Of a DNA stretch of 64,000 nucleotides, positions 1-17,632 are shown piece after piece. Under the pieces are notes generated by a model. It made no database searches and was not told the DNA's origin. It saw nothing but the letters and a program-made list of their open reading frames with translations. Each line of letters begins with the position of its first letter. The first letter of the stretch is position 1. The translations under genes were made by a program, and so were the position numbers. The DNA is from the human T2T-CHM13v2.0 reference genome, Homo sapiens, in assembly GCF_009914755.1 (NCBI RefSeq), contig NC_060928.1; one strand, given 5' to 3'.

Positions 1-58
1 AGACCTGACCTGTGGTTTTATATTTCCTATTCCAGCTCCTCAGTCCAGAGGTCTCCAG

Positions 59-71
59 ATATATATATATA

Positions 72-102
<31 letters not shown>
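59..102. repeat. (TA)n microsatellite with one interruption
   Basis: Direct reading of alternating AT run. Confidence 0.95.
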
Positions 103-103
<1 letters not shown>

Positions 104-769
104 GCCACTTGCAGATATTAGATATTTTCTACCCTCCCTTAGGTTAATTTATAAATATGCAATGTGGTATGGGGGTGGGTGTTGTCTTCTGAATATTTTT
201 GTTCTACATGTATACTACTGATTGTTCCAACCATAGTCCAGACACCACTATGAACACTCAGGAGATTCCATTTTATTCCTTTGCTCAACAGTTACTGGTG
301 TCAATAAACAAATGTGATATTACTAGAACTCTATGGTGTGGGTTGTCATGTACCTTTTGCAGTTATAAATAAAGACCATTGACCAGAGAAGAAACTGGAT
401 AATCTCCTGGACCTACTTGGACCAACAAACTATGGCCTGAAGCAAATGTTATTGTGACCGGTCTACTTTGGATTATGTGTATTCCTAAAATCAATAGCCA
501 AAAATCAATATGAGTGATGAGGCTGGGAGTACCAGTAGTAACCATTAGAATGGGGTAAGAGCAGTTCCTAAAAAGAAGCAGCTGGTAGGAAATCCTAGAG
601 GCACACTTTGGAGAAGAAATACAATAAAAGAAGAAACTTGGGAAATAGGTACAGGGCAGATAACATAGGACTTAAAGAGTGAATTAGTAAATGTTAAGTG
701 TAATCAAAGACCCTGGTAAGCTTCAATCATGACCCAAGATGGCCCATAGGTTTAATTGACTTGGCCCAG

Positions 770-1441
770 GTCTCCAGCTCAGACTCACCTTGCACCAATC
801 CCTCTGGTTCTTCTGCCTCAGCCACATCATGCTATAAATCCCACCAAATCACTGCTTTCATATCTTCTTTCAGAGATATTTTGCACATAGATCAAATATC
901 ACCCTCCCCAGGGAAGCTTGCTGAAGGTGGCTCCACCCATAAACTTTAAGTCCCATGACATCAGGACCCATATTTCTATTGATCACTATTTCACTTCTGG
1001 GGATCAGTGTAATACCTAGCATTCTTAGTATCCAATAAATGTTTGTGGAATGGATAAATTAATAAGCAAGTAATCTTAATTATTTCCTGAATACATAATG
1101 TTATCTCACACTTCTGTACTCCTATAAATGCCATGTGCTTCTTCCCAGGTTTTCTTCATGGAAAGCTTTTGCTTTAATTGTGATGACAACTCAGTGTCTT
1201 CTTCTCTGCTACACTTTCTCCAACTTCCCATTACCTCTAAGAAATTCAGATGCTTCCTCTGTGTGACCCTAAGCATCATAGGAATTTTTCAATAATGGCA
1301 AGTCATTGCACTTTATTGTAAATTATGTTTCTGTAACCAGCTTTCACTGTAATGTGAGTTCTTACAACATAGTAATGTGACTTTGCATCAGCAGCAACTA
1401 GCAAAGTGCATGAAATACACTATGTAGTTAATAAATATTTC
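770..1441 (+). mobile_element. Degraded L2 LINE 3' fragments (two tail-like ends, near 1040 and 1440)
   Basis: L2-type terminal motifs (ccaataaatgtttgtggaatgga; tgtaatgtgagttctt...ttaataaatattt); boundaries approximate. Confidence 0.55.
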
Positions 1442-1662
1442 TTTTATTATTATTATTACTATACTTTAAGGTTTAGGGTACATGTGCACAATGTGCAGGT
1501 TAGTTACATATGTATACATGTGCCATGCTGGTGCGCTGCACCCATTAACTCGTCATCTAGCATTAGGTATATCTCCCAATGCTATCCCTCCCCCCTCCCC
1601 CCACCCCACAACAGTCCCCAGAGTGTGATGTTCCCCTTCCTGTGTCCATGTGTTCTCATTGT

Positions 1663-5508
<3,846 letters not shown>

Positions 5509-5547
5509 TCATTAGTTGATGCAGTTTCTTCCTAGTCTCGATGGTCT

Positions 5548-6564
5548 TTACATTTTGGCATGATTTTGCAGCGGCTGGTACCAGTTGTTCCTTTCCATGT
5601 TTAGTGCTTCCTTCAGGAGCTCTTTTAGGGCAGGCCTGGTGGTAACAAAATCTCTCAGCATTTGCTTGTCTGTAAAGTGTTTTATTTCTCCTTCACTTAT
5701 GAAGCTTAGTTTGGCTGGATTTGAAATTCTGGGTTGAAAATTCTTTTCTTTAAGGATGTTGAATATTGGCCCCCACTCTCTTCTGGCTTGTAGAGTTTCT
5801 GCCCAGAGATCCACTGTTAGTCTGATGGGCTTCCCTTTGAGGGTAACCTGACCTTTCTCTCTGGCTGCCCTTAACATTTTTTCCTTCATTTCAACTTTGG
5901 TGAATCTGACAATTATGTGTCTTGGAGTTGCTCTTCTCGAGGAGTATCTCTGTGGCGTTCTCTGTATTTCCTGAATCTGAATGTTGGCCTGTCTTGCTAG
6001 ATTGGGGAAGTTCTCCTGGATAATATCCTGCAGAGTGTTTTCCAACTTGGTTTCATTCTCCCCGTCACTTTCAGGTACACCAATCAGACGTAGATTTGAT
6101 CTTTTCACATAGTCCCATATTTCTTGGAGGCTTTGCTCGTTTCTTTTTATTCTTTTTTCTCTAAACTTCCCTTCTCACTTCATTCCATTCATTTCATCTT
6201 CCATCGCTGATACCCTTTCTTCCAGTTGATCGCATCGGCTCCTGAGGCTTCTGCATTCTTCACGTAGTTCTCAAGCCTTGGTTTCCAGCTCCATCAGCTC
6301 CTTTAAGCACTTCTCTGTGTTGGTTATTCTAGTTATACATTTGTCTAGATTTTTTTCAAAGTTTTCAACTTCTTTGCCTTTGGTTTGAATGTCCTCCTGT
6401 AGCTCGGAGTAATTTGATCGTCTGAAGCTTTCTTCTCTCAGCTCGTCAAAGTCATGCTCCGTCCAGCTTCGTTCCGTTGCTGGTGAGGAACTGCGTTCCT
6501 TTGGAGGAGGAGAGGCACTCTGCTTTTTAGAGTTTCCAGTTTTTCTGCTCTGTTTTTTCCCCAT
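5548..6564 (-). pseudogene. L1 ORF1p (RNA chaperone), full 338-codon length but two nonsense codons
   Basis: MGKKQSRKTGNSK...LQNHAKM in one frame; TGA at 6271-6273 and 6175-6177, both at Arg positions consistent with CGA>TGA CpG decay. Confidence 0.95.
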
Positions 6565-7473
6565 CTTTGTGGTTTTATCTACTTTTGGTCTTTGATGATG
6601 GTGATGTACAGATGGGTTTTTGGTGTGGATGTCCTTTCTGTTCGTTAGTTTTCCTTCTAACAGTCAGGACCCTCATCTGCAGGTCTGTTGGAGTACCCGG
6701 CCGTGTGAGGTGTCAGTCTGCCCCTGCTTGGGGGGTGCCTCCCAGTTAGGCTCCTCTGGGGTCAGGGGTCAGGGACGCACTTGAGGAGGCAGTCTGCCCG
6801 TTCTCAGATCTTCAGCCATGTGCTGGGAGAACCACTGCTCTCTTCAAAGCTGTCAGACAGGGACATTTAAGTCTGCAGAGGTTACTGCTGTCTTTTTGTT
6901 TGTCTGTGCCCTGCCCCCAGAGGTGGGGCCTACAGAGGCAGGCAGGCCTCCTTGAGCTGTGGTGGGCTCCACCCACTTCGAGATTCCTGGCTGCTTTGTT
7001 TACCTAAGCAAGCCTGGGCAATGGCGGGCACCCCTCCCCCAGCCTCGCTGCCGCCTTGCAGTTTGATCTCAGACTGCTGTGCTAGCAATCAGCAAGACTC
7101 CGTGGATGTAGGACCCTCCGAGCCGTGTGCGGGATATAATCTCCTGGTGCGCCTTTTTTTAAGCCCGTCGGAAAAGCGCAGTATTCGGGTGGGAGTGACC
7201 CGATTTTCCAGGTGCTGTCTGTCACCCCTTTCTTTGACTAGGAAAGGGAACTCCCTGACCCCTTGTGCTTCCTGAGTGAGGCAATGCCTTGCCCTGCTTC
7301 GGTTCACGCACGGTGCAGGCACTCACTGATCTGTGCCCTCTGTCTGGCAATCCCTAGTGAGATGAACCCGGTACCTCAGATGGAAATGCAGAAATCACCC
7401 ATCTTCTGCGTCGCTCACACTGGGAGCTGTAGACCAGAGCTGTTCCTATTCGGCCATCTTGGCTCCTCCCCCC
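6565..7473 (-). promoter_or_regulatory. L1 5' UTR with internal sense promoter (YY1 site) and antisense promoter pointing rightwards
   Basis: Intact AAGATGGCC (plus strand ggccatctt, 7452-7460); residual CpGs; lies upstream of the ORF1 ATG. Confidence 0.85.
7021..7275 (+). CDS. L1 antisense ORF0, open, 84 aa
   Basis: ATG at 7021 (gcaATGG); MAGTPPPASLPPCSLISDCCASNQQDSV...RVGVTRFSRC matches the primate ORF0 peptide; expression unknown. Confidence 0.75.
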   Translation: MAGTPPPASLPPCSLISDCCASNQQDSVDVGPSEPCAGYNLLVRLFLSPSEKRSIRVGVTRFSRCCLSPLSLTRKGNSLTPCAS

Positions 7474-7565
7474 AGTGCAGCCTTTTTTTAATGATCTCTG
7501 AAGTTGAAGATAACCTAAATATTTATCAAAAGGGTGTACACATTTATACAATAGGATCCTCTACA
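7474..7565 (+). mobile_element. Old L1M 3' fragment truncated at the L1PA3 5' end
   Basis: gcagcc..aagttgaagataacctaaatatttatcaa..tacacatttatacaatagga resembles L1M 'gcagcattgttt..aaacaacctaaatgtccatcaa..catccatacaatgga'. Confidence 0.5.
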
Positions 7566-7648
7566 GCAGTACTTCTCAACCGGGAGAATTTTGCACCCCA
7601 GGGGGAATTTGGCAATGTCTGGGGACATTTTCAGTTGTCACTACTGGA
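7565..7648 (+). mobile_element. MER20 (hAT-Charlie) 5' fragment
   Basis: cttctcaaccgggagaattttgcaccccagggggaatttggcaatgtctggggacatttt. Confidence 0.75.
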
Positions 7649-8218
7649 GAGGTTATATAAGCTTATATATCCTGACAATATTTCTGGAAAAATGTATTTA
7701 AAAATTTCTTAGCAATGGTTGCTACTGGAGGGAGACTAAAGACTGGAGATCCACTGTAGAGGGAGGAGTTGCATTTTACTTTTATACACTTTGTACTATT
7801 TTAAGTTTTTAGCAAATCAACCTATTTCATTTCCAGTAAAAATTTGATTTTATGGTTGTTTTTGTTAAGCAAAACGAGTAAAGGTAAAATGGGACAGTGG
7901 CCAATATCTCTCCTCTTTTTCTACCCTTCTCTTCTCTCCAAAGAGTCACCCTTCAATTTAGGATGTCAGTAATTTTCTGTGATCACAGTGGTCTCTCAGG
8001 AAAAGCTCAGCTACCAGTAATTTTAACTTTAATAAAAATCTAATTGAAATATAGACTCTTCTAGGAAGATTTATGTTTTAAGTTTTGCTTTTCAAATTCT
8101 GTTATGTAATAAAAGATTGTGTTGTGTGTAGTGGGATTTTAAATATGGAACTTTCTGGAGTCAGGAAGACATTTTTGGAGCTATTAAAAATATGCCAAAT
8201 ATGGAAGTATCTCCTCCT

Positions 8219-9072
8219 TTAAAAAAATAAATGTTGTGTATATTTAAGGTATACAACATGATGTTGTGGAATACATATAGTAAAAAGGCTACTGGAATAA
8301 AGCAAATTAATACATCCATCATCTCACATATTTATCTGTTTATTTGTTTTTGTGGCAGGAGCAGTTAAAATCTACTCACCATGAATCCCAAATACAGTAC
8401 ACTTTTATGACCTATAGTCCTCATTTGTACATTTGTTCTCTAGACTTGTTTGTCCTACAGATCTGCTACATTGAATTCCCTGACCTGTATTTCCCCATTT
8501 TCTCTCCACTTCCCCACCACTGTTTTCTTCTCTATTTCTGAATTTGGTTTAAAGAGTTCACATATGAGTGATACCATGAATTAGTTTTCTTTTTGTGTCT
8601 GGCTAACTTCACTTAGCGTAATGTCTTCCAGGTTTATTCATATTGTGGCAAATGACGAGATCTCCTGCTTTTACAGGGCTTAATATTATTCCATGGTATG
8701 CATGGACCACAGTTCCTTAATCTATTTGTCTGTTGACACTTAGGGTGTTTCCACATCTTGGCTATTGTGAATAATGCTGCAATAAAAATTGTAAAAATGG
8801 AGCTGCAGATGCCTTTACAAGGTAGTGACTTTTTTCTTTGCGTATATTGCCAGAAGAGAAATTGCTGGGTCATATGTAATTCAATTTTTAATTTATTTAG
8901 AAAACTTTATACTATTTTCCATAATGACTGTACCAATTTACATTCCTACCAACAGTGTTTAAGAGTTTCCTTTTCTCCACACCCTCACGCAACATTTATT
9001 TGTGACTTTTTGATGCAACAAAGGTCAAAACAGGTGTGAGGCGTTATCTCATAGTGGTTTGGATTTGTACTT
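8219..9072 (-). mobile_element. L1MA-type 3' end fragment
   Basis: Translation [17 protein letters not shown] resembles the ORF2 C-terminus; L1MA-like 3' UTR (tatttaaggtatacaacatgatg). Confidence 0.8.
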
Positions 9073-9767
9073 TTCTTCCTCATTGCTCTTGGGTTGAATG
9101 CACAATTTCCTTTGGGTACTGTACCACTTTACTTGCGTGTTCAGCGCAGTCACAAAACTTTACAACAGATTAGCTCAGCAATGTGTACTTCAGTCTCTAG
9201 GAAAGCATGAAAATTTTTGGTTTGATCTTTAGAGTCCTCTTTTGTCTCCAAAACTTCCCAATGAACTCTAAGATTAAGAACTCTATCTCTATTCCAAGAA
9301 TCAATTATAGCATTTACCAGTTAACTAATGGTCATTACATATGACAAAAAAAACCCCACTAAAACATTGAAGTCCTGCTCTAATTGGAAAAGAAACACTC
9401 TAAAAATAAATAAACTAGTGTGTTTAAGTTTTATCAACAAATGAGAAAACAGTCTGGGACTGGTGTAGTTATGTAATTTAAGAAAAAAAAATGCCAAAGG
9501 ATGGAGATGGAGATAGGGACTAGTGCCAATGTTATTAGATAATACTGACACATAAAGGGCTATACAATTCTATCAGCATTTATGTTGTGCATATTTACAA
9601 TCCTTCAAGGCAGGAAATACTTTTCTCGTATGCTTCTTCTTTACTATGTAAAGTAGTCTTTTATAGACTGGCCTCTTGGTTAATATCAGTCCTTCCAATC
9701 AAGCATCCATTTGTAATCCTGACTCCCTCCCTTGAATCAGTTTTTGCTAGTTGTATATTAAACATAC

Positions 9768-9845
9768 AGCCAATACCATATAGTTATGATCTCCATCTGT
9801 AGAGTCTGATATTTTCAATGGCCCTAGCAAGATTTCCTTTGGGTA
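9768..9845 (-). other. Candidate exon (78 bp, phase 0/0): YPKEILLGPLKISDSTDGDHNYMVLA
   Basis: Acceptor tattttgtctctgttcaaag, donor gct|gtatgt; only frame 0 is open; non-repeat DNA. Confidence 0.35.
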
Positions 9846-10574
9846 CTTTGAACAGAGACAAAATAGGCAATCGACTATCCTGAAGCAATTACAAAGCTGG
9901 ATTGTTCAATTTTGTATGGTGAGAATCCATTTGCCTTACGTCTCACCTAACATCACTGCATATAAATGCAGTAAAACCTATAGGCTCAGACTCAATCTTG
10001 GCATCACATATCAGAAAATTTTATCTTATCAAAAGCATTTCTCAGGTGAAATAAGCTGCCTTTAGTTACAGAAATGCTTCAGCCATAAATGTGATTGCTA
10101 TAAAAAATTACATTAGCTAAAGGTCTACCATTTAAAGAGTCAAAAAAGCTATCTAACATGCTCTCTAAAAAGAAATTCATAGTTTCTGCTGGTAAATCCC
10201 AAAATTAAAATACTTTTCAGTGAGCCAAATACTGTAACATAACTATAACTACTTACCTCGTGTGATCACTACAATGGCCTCCTAATTGTTTTCCTTTAAT
10301 GGAGAATAGTAAACCATTCCAAACTAGCCTTCATACTTCTGCCAGGATAATCTTTCTAAATGGCAGTCTTGTCTGGTCACTCTCCAGTTTAAAACCATGA
10401 CTCCCTGGGAAAAGTCTTTGGAGATCTTCCTCAGACAACAAAATAAGGCTTCTCATGATCTTACTCCAGCCAGTTTTTGCCAGCTACCCTTCTGCAGTTC
10501 TTCCACTTCCACCATACACTTCAGCAATACCTAATCAATTGCAGTTCCCTAGGTAGTTCTGCTACCTGATGCTC

Positions 10575-10765
10575 AGAGCCAGGAATTACGGTGAAGAGAG
10601 TGAGGCATTTGCTTCAGGTGCAAAATTTAAGAAGATGCCAAAAATCAATAATAACAGTAAATATTGTTTTAATGCAATATTTTTAAAACCAAAATTAATG
10701 TAAAAATCTGTAATAAATAAGATTGTAATAATATAAATATAATATTGTAAGCATCAAAATATTAT
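10575..10765 (+). mobile_element. MER91-like hAT relic inside L2 fragments (~10260-11040)
   Basis: gtgaggcatttgcttcaggtgcaaaatttaag..ttttaatgcaatattttttaaaaccaaaattaatg. Confidence 0.6.
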
Positions 10766-11047
10766 TTTTCTTCTAATAATCATTCCTCTTGCTTGACATA
10801 TGTGTTCTGCATTTGTTAACTCTGCTCATCTTACTCATCCTTTAAGACACTCCTCTTCAAGGAAGTGCTCTCTGATTTTTCTTTTCCCAGAAAGAACTCA
10901 AGTCTCCTTCTGAACTACCATGGTACCTTGTACATGCTTCTATTTATTCATTTATCATCCTGTGTTTGTTTATTTCTATACCAGTGTGTGTTAGAACACA
11001 TGTCTCTATAGACACTATGCTTATTCTGCCTAACATCTCCTAGAGAC

Positions 11048-11374
11048 TATGGTAAGCAGAATTCTAAGACAGCCCCATGATTTCCACTCCCACTGCTATT
11101 ACACCCGTGATTAAGTTCCATTATATGGCAAAGGTAAGGGATCTCACCCCCTTGATTAGGTTACATTATAGAGCAAAGGTGGAGGGATTTTGCAGATGTA
11201 ATTAAGGCTCCAAATTGGTTGAATTTAATCAAAAGGGAAATTATTCTGGATGCCCCAGACTTAATCAAAGCCCTTGAAAAGAGGGCTTAGGTGTTCTTTG
11301 CAGTCAGAGAATATCCTGCTGGCTTTGAGAAGCAAGTTGCCATGAGTTCTTCAGCTATAAGGAAATGAGTTCTG

Positions 11375-11406
<32 letters not shown>

Positions 11407-11594
11407 ACAACTAAGTGAACTTGGAAGAGAAGCTCAAGCTTCTGTTAACATTTTGATTGTAGTTTTGTCAGACCCTGAACAAAAGATCAAGCTACTCTGT
11501 GCTCTAATCTGTGCTCACACTACTGACCCACAGACACTGTTTTAAGTTGCTGTGTTCATACATAATTTCTTGTGAAAAATAGAAAACTCCTACA
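11048..11594 (+). mobile_element. MLT1E-like MaLR solo LTR with (AAAAC)n at ~11378-11410
   Basis: ggtaagcagaattctaagacagcccc..gggattttgcagatgtaattaagg..atagaaaac. Confidence 0.7.
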
Positions 11595-12679
11595 GAGAAT
11601 ATTGTATTAACCTCCTAAGTGAATTCCCTGTATACAATTTATCATTAAACTTTTGATCTGTTATACCACATCTAGATTAATCTTTCTGAAGAAGAGCTAC
11701 GATTTTATTATTCTCTGCTAAAGACCTCCATTTAAAAACTCCTCATTTCCCACAAAGTAATGAAAAACTCCACAGTCTATATTCTCAGTGATCTTCTTCC
11801 AATTTGTCTTTCAAAACCTACCTCCCATTACTCTATAAAAACTTACTCCACTCCACTGAAATAATCATTCCCTCTTCTTACACATGATCTAGGCAATTAT
11901 TGCCTCTATACTTTTGCTATATCTACAAACAATTAAATACAGGATGATAAGTGCAAAAATCAAAGCATGTACAAGGAACCATGGTAGTTCAGGAGGAGCC
12001 CTGAGTTCTTTCTGGGAAAGGAAAAATCAGAGAGCACTTCCTTGAAGAGGGGTTTCCTAAAGCATGAGTAAGATTAGCAGAGTTAACAAATGCAGAACAC
12101 ATATGTCAAGCAAGAGGAATGATTATCAGAAGAAAAAATGATATCATATTTGATGAAAAATATGAAGCTACAATTAGTAGATATAGCAAAACCTATTTTT
12201 CAGCTCTCAATCCCAATTCTTAACTTTCATTATTATTATTATTTATTGAATATATACTTTCTTATCTTTAAAGATAAAAGTTTTGCATTAGGTTGGATAT
12301 AATAAGAGCATATTTTACCCAAATTCTCCCCTGTAAAGCCAACTGAAAACAATGAAGAACATAAAAAGACAGTGATAAATGCCTATAATTGATGTAGAAG
12401 ACATCCATCCTGTCAATCAATAAACTATAAATAATCATCACTAAATATTGTGAAATACAACCATATTGAAGGAAGACTTTGAAAACATATAAGTACTCCT
12501 GCAGAATGTGGAAAGCTAGAAGAAATCTCCATAGTCAGGTGGCTTATTCTAAGGGATAAATTTATTGACTTATAAAGTACATGACAGTACTATAAGAGTG
12601 TCAATGAACTTTTATAGAAACCTCAGCCATAGACGAGAAAGGGCCAAATGAAGATAACCACTGTGTTAGTCAGGTTTGT

Positions 12680-12685
12680 TATATA

Positions 12686-12727
<42 letters not shown>

Positions 12728-12767
12728 TATATATATATGTGTGTATATATGTGTATATATATGTGTA

Positions 12768-12830
<63 letters not shown>
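12680..12830. repeat. Compound (TA)n/(TG)n/(CA)n microsatellite, ~150 bp alternating purine-pyrimidine
   Basis: Direct reading. Confidence 0.95.
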
Positions 12831-14262
<1,432 letters not shown>

Positions 14263-14263
14263 C

Positions 14264-14265
<2 letters not shown>

Positions 14266-14309
<44 letters not shown>
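14266..14309. repeat. (CA)n microsatellite, ~22 units
   Basis: Direct reading. Confidence 0.95.
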
Positions 14310-14312
<3 letters not shown>

Positions 14313-14999
14313 CTGAGAAGTATCAGGATCTGCTGTCTGCAAGCGGGAGACCCAGTAAAGCCAAAGAGATAATTTAGTCTGAGTCCCCAGGCTTCAGAAC
14401 CAGTGAATCCATGCAATAAACTCAGCCCAAGGCATGGAGAAGATGAAATGTGATGTACCAGTTCAAGTGGTCTGGCAAGAAAAAAGGGGTAATTTCCTCC
14501 TTCCTTTGCCTTTTGTTCTTTTCAGGCCTTTAGTGAGCTGGATGAATGACCACTCACATTGAGAAAGGCCATCTGCTTTACTGAATCCACCATTTCAGAT
14601 CCTGTCTCATTCAAAAACATTCTTACAGACATACCCAGAAATAATATTTAAACTGGAAACCCTGGGGCTAGTCAAATTGATACATAAAATTAATGACAAG
14701 CACAGAAACTAACTTTGCAAGAAGCTGGTTGCTTTTGTGGCAAGATGAATGAAAAACCAGAGTGAGTAATCACATATGAATCTACTGATCTTGCCAGTTA
14801 CTTAAACAATAAGCCCATAATAATAATTGTAATATGTGATTTTTTGCTGTAGAATTAGCAGACCTTCTATTGACTTCGAATAGAATCATGTTTCTGGGGT
14901 AGATTGTGTCAACTGAATTAAATCCAATCTGCCTGCTGTTTAGCACCCTTTGCAAATCTCTCTCCACCTACTACTAGTCTTTAGCAAACTGCTGGCTCA

Positions 15000-16480
15000 G
15001 AATAAATGCCCCAGATTTAAAAAAAAATATGAAAGTCTCCAACATTGTTATTACTCAAAGACACAGCCAGGAGAAAAGAGAAATATCAAAGAAATGTAAA
15101 TAATTTCAAACATAAATATCAACATAATTGTCACAAAAGATAACTAAAAATGAGGTACAACCACTTTTTTATAAAGTCAAGGTAATTAAAAAATTAATGT
15201 CATGCTGAAAGGAGACTTAAAGATATAGACAAAAGTGATAAAAAATAGAAAAACAAATAATAAGATGGAAAGTAAGATAGCAATAAATGGAAAATGTAAA
15301 AAGCTTCAGTTATTAAAATTATATTAAAAACAGTAAATACAAGAGTAGACATTGCTAAAAACATTGTGAACAAAATAGGCTTCAGAAAATTGAACAAAAT
15401 AAAATAATAAAATATTTTAAAAAGAATTACAGAGGAAATGACAGATCTGAAAAGCAGTCAAAAGATTCATAATGTGCACATACCTGGTGTTTCAGATGAA
15501 GTAAAAAGTAAAAGTGAAACAGGAGAAATATTAAAGATATAGTAAAAGAAAACTTTCCAAAAGTTAAAAAAGACATGAATCTAAAGAATAAATAGGAAAA
15601 TTGTACCTTAGGAAAACTTCATACAGGATAAAAACAAAGAATAAATGATAAAGTATAAACAATGAAAGGGTTATCTAGGGAAAATGCTCAATTTATGCAT
15701 AAAAGTGAAAAATTCAGACTGGCTTCAGGCACTTTTATTAAGTTTAAAATTGTGAAATGTGTGAAGAGCAATATTACATAGTCCTCAGAATAAAAAAGTG
15801 TAACCCAAATGTTTTATGCAACTTTCAAGAACTCTTAGAATACAGCACCCATGAGCTCTTAATGAAAAAAAAGTTGATGTACATTCTTTCATAAATCACA
15901 TAGTGAAAGAAATAAGCCTGAAAATAGGAATGAGTAGTAAATACATAAAAATAGATAATTAGAAATAAAGAGGTATGGGAATTATGGAATACAATATAAA
16001 CATTATTTATATTGTAATGTAAAATTATTATGCAACTATAATACAAATCTCAAGGTAAAAAAATAAGTTAAAGAAATTTTAAGTGTGCTGTTTCTCTTCC
16101 TTTTTAATAATGAGATTAATTCAATATATAAATAATTTAATACAAGTTTTAGAAATTTAAAAGTTTGAAGTGACCTATAGAAAAATTAAAAATAGAAATA
16201 TAGCCAAACCAAACTTGAGGTTAGTTTGGAGAAATAGATGTGGTAGACAGGAATGAAAATTAACTAGATACTTCATTTTTGTTGATAGGAGATCAATTTA
16301 TGGTATCTAAAGTTGACATATACAGAAAAAAAGATTTAAATCTAATTAATATATGAAACTTTAAAGACAACGTTCCAAAATACTAAAAAGAGCCCATAAA
16401 CTTGTTAAATTATCAGGAGGAAAATGCACAAACATAGCAAATTAGAGAAATATTGGTTTTAGAAAGGAGAATGTTAAATG
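15000..16480 (+). mobile_element. HAL1 or ancient L1ME ORF1-region relic
   Basis: A-rich strand with ORF1-like remnants (gaaaactttccaaaagtt, aattcagactggcttcag, gaatacagcacccatgagc); boundaries approximate. Confidence 0.55.
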
Positions 16481-17566
16481 AATAAATAAATTGGGATTAC
16501 ATGTTCTCACTTCTGTGCTTGTACTTTGATATCCATGTATATGCATTGAAGGTTTCTAGAAGTATAATAAGTAGTGACTAATAGTAACTTCCTGGAAGGC
16601 TGAATTAATAGAAAAAGTTTTATTTTATAAGCTTTTGATTTGTTTGTATATTTTGCTATGTCCATTTATTACTTTACAAAAATTAATAAAAATATATATC
16701 TATTAACCTACATCATATATAAAAATATATATTAATTATACATTGTGCAATATATGTAATGGTACAATATAGGTACATTGTACAATATATGCCACATAAA
16801 TGTACACAACTTCTTATTGTTTGATATAATCATTATATACATATAACAATATAGACCTTTGAAGAAATATAATCACATTTGCAATATGATTACATTGTCT
16901 CTATTTAAAGGGGAAGACAACACACACGGAGATCAATCCAAGATTGTTATTATTATCTTTGTGTATATTATGAAGCCTTTTCCCATACACATATTTTTCT
17001 AATAGATTTTATTATATTTTACATAGAATTCTGTATCCCACTTTTTCAGTTGACTAACATAATATTTATTAAAATGATTCCATATTCTTCATATGCATAA
17101 TTGTAATATCTGGAAAATATTTCTTAAATAACCATACCATATTTATTTGAGTACATTATGAGTCAACATTTAGATTGATTTCTTTTTTTATCATTGTAAA
17201 TAATATTACAAGAAACATTTGTTTTCCAAATGATTATCCTTATTTAGTACATTTTTATTAAGGTAGATTCTCAGATGTGGAACTGTATCAAAGATATCAG
17301 TTATCATACTTGTGGACATTCTTTATTTCCCACTGGCTAATGTAATCTCTAAACTAAGACACCTTGGCACACTTCTTTACGATGTACTATACAAATTTAT
17401 ATTTCATAGGTGACTAATATCCAACCAATATATGAATATATAAAGTGGATATTAATCAATAAAAGACACTCTAACCAGGTTGTAATAACATTAAGCTATT
17501 GGTAAGAGGTCTACACTAGAGATGTCCAGTCTGTGATACTTCTGCTTCACGCACCACTACTCTTAC

Positions 17567-17632
17567 ATCAAGATTTTCCAAGAGCTTCTGAGTTTCCAAC
17601 TTCCTTAGGTATTCTTTCTTAAAATTAGTCTC
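17567..17632 (-). other. Candidate exon (66 bp, phase 0/0): ETNFKKEYLRKLETQKLLENLD
   Basis: Acceptor ttgtgttttttgtgttctcaag, donor gat|gtaaga; only frame 0 is open; non-repeat DNA. Confidence 0.45.

Noticed and set aside
7511-7527. taaatattt shared with the left L1 flank, as a displaced TSD
   Set aside because: Only 9 bp of AT-only sequence, about 40 bp from the element, and explained by the underlying L1M sequence.
14782-14990. 61-aa minus-strand ORF in a non-A-rich patch near the HAL1/L1 relic
   Set aside because: No convincing splice sites or recognisable homology; left unassigned.
17567-17632. Resemblance of LETQKLLENLD to the PLCZ1 N-terminus or to RIIa/Dpy-30-type helices
   Set aside because: Too short, and neighbouring residues do not match; no gene symbol assigned.
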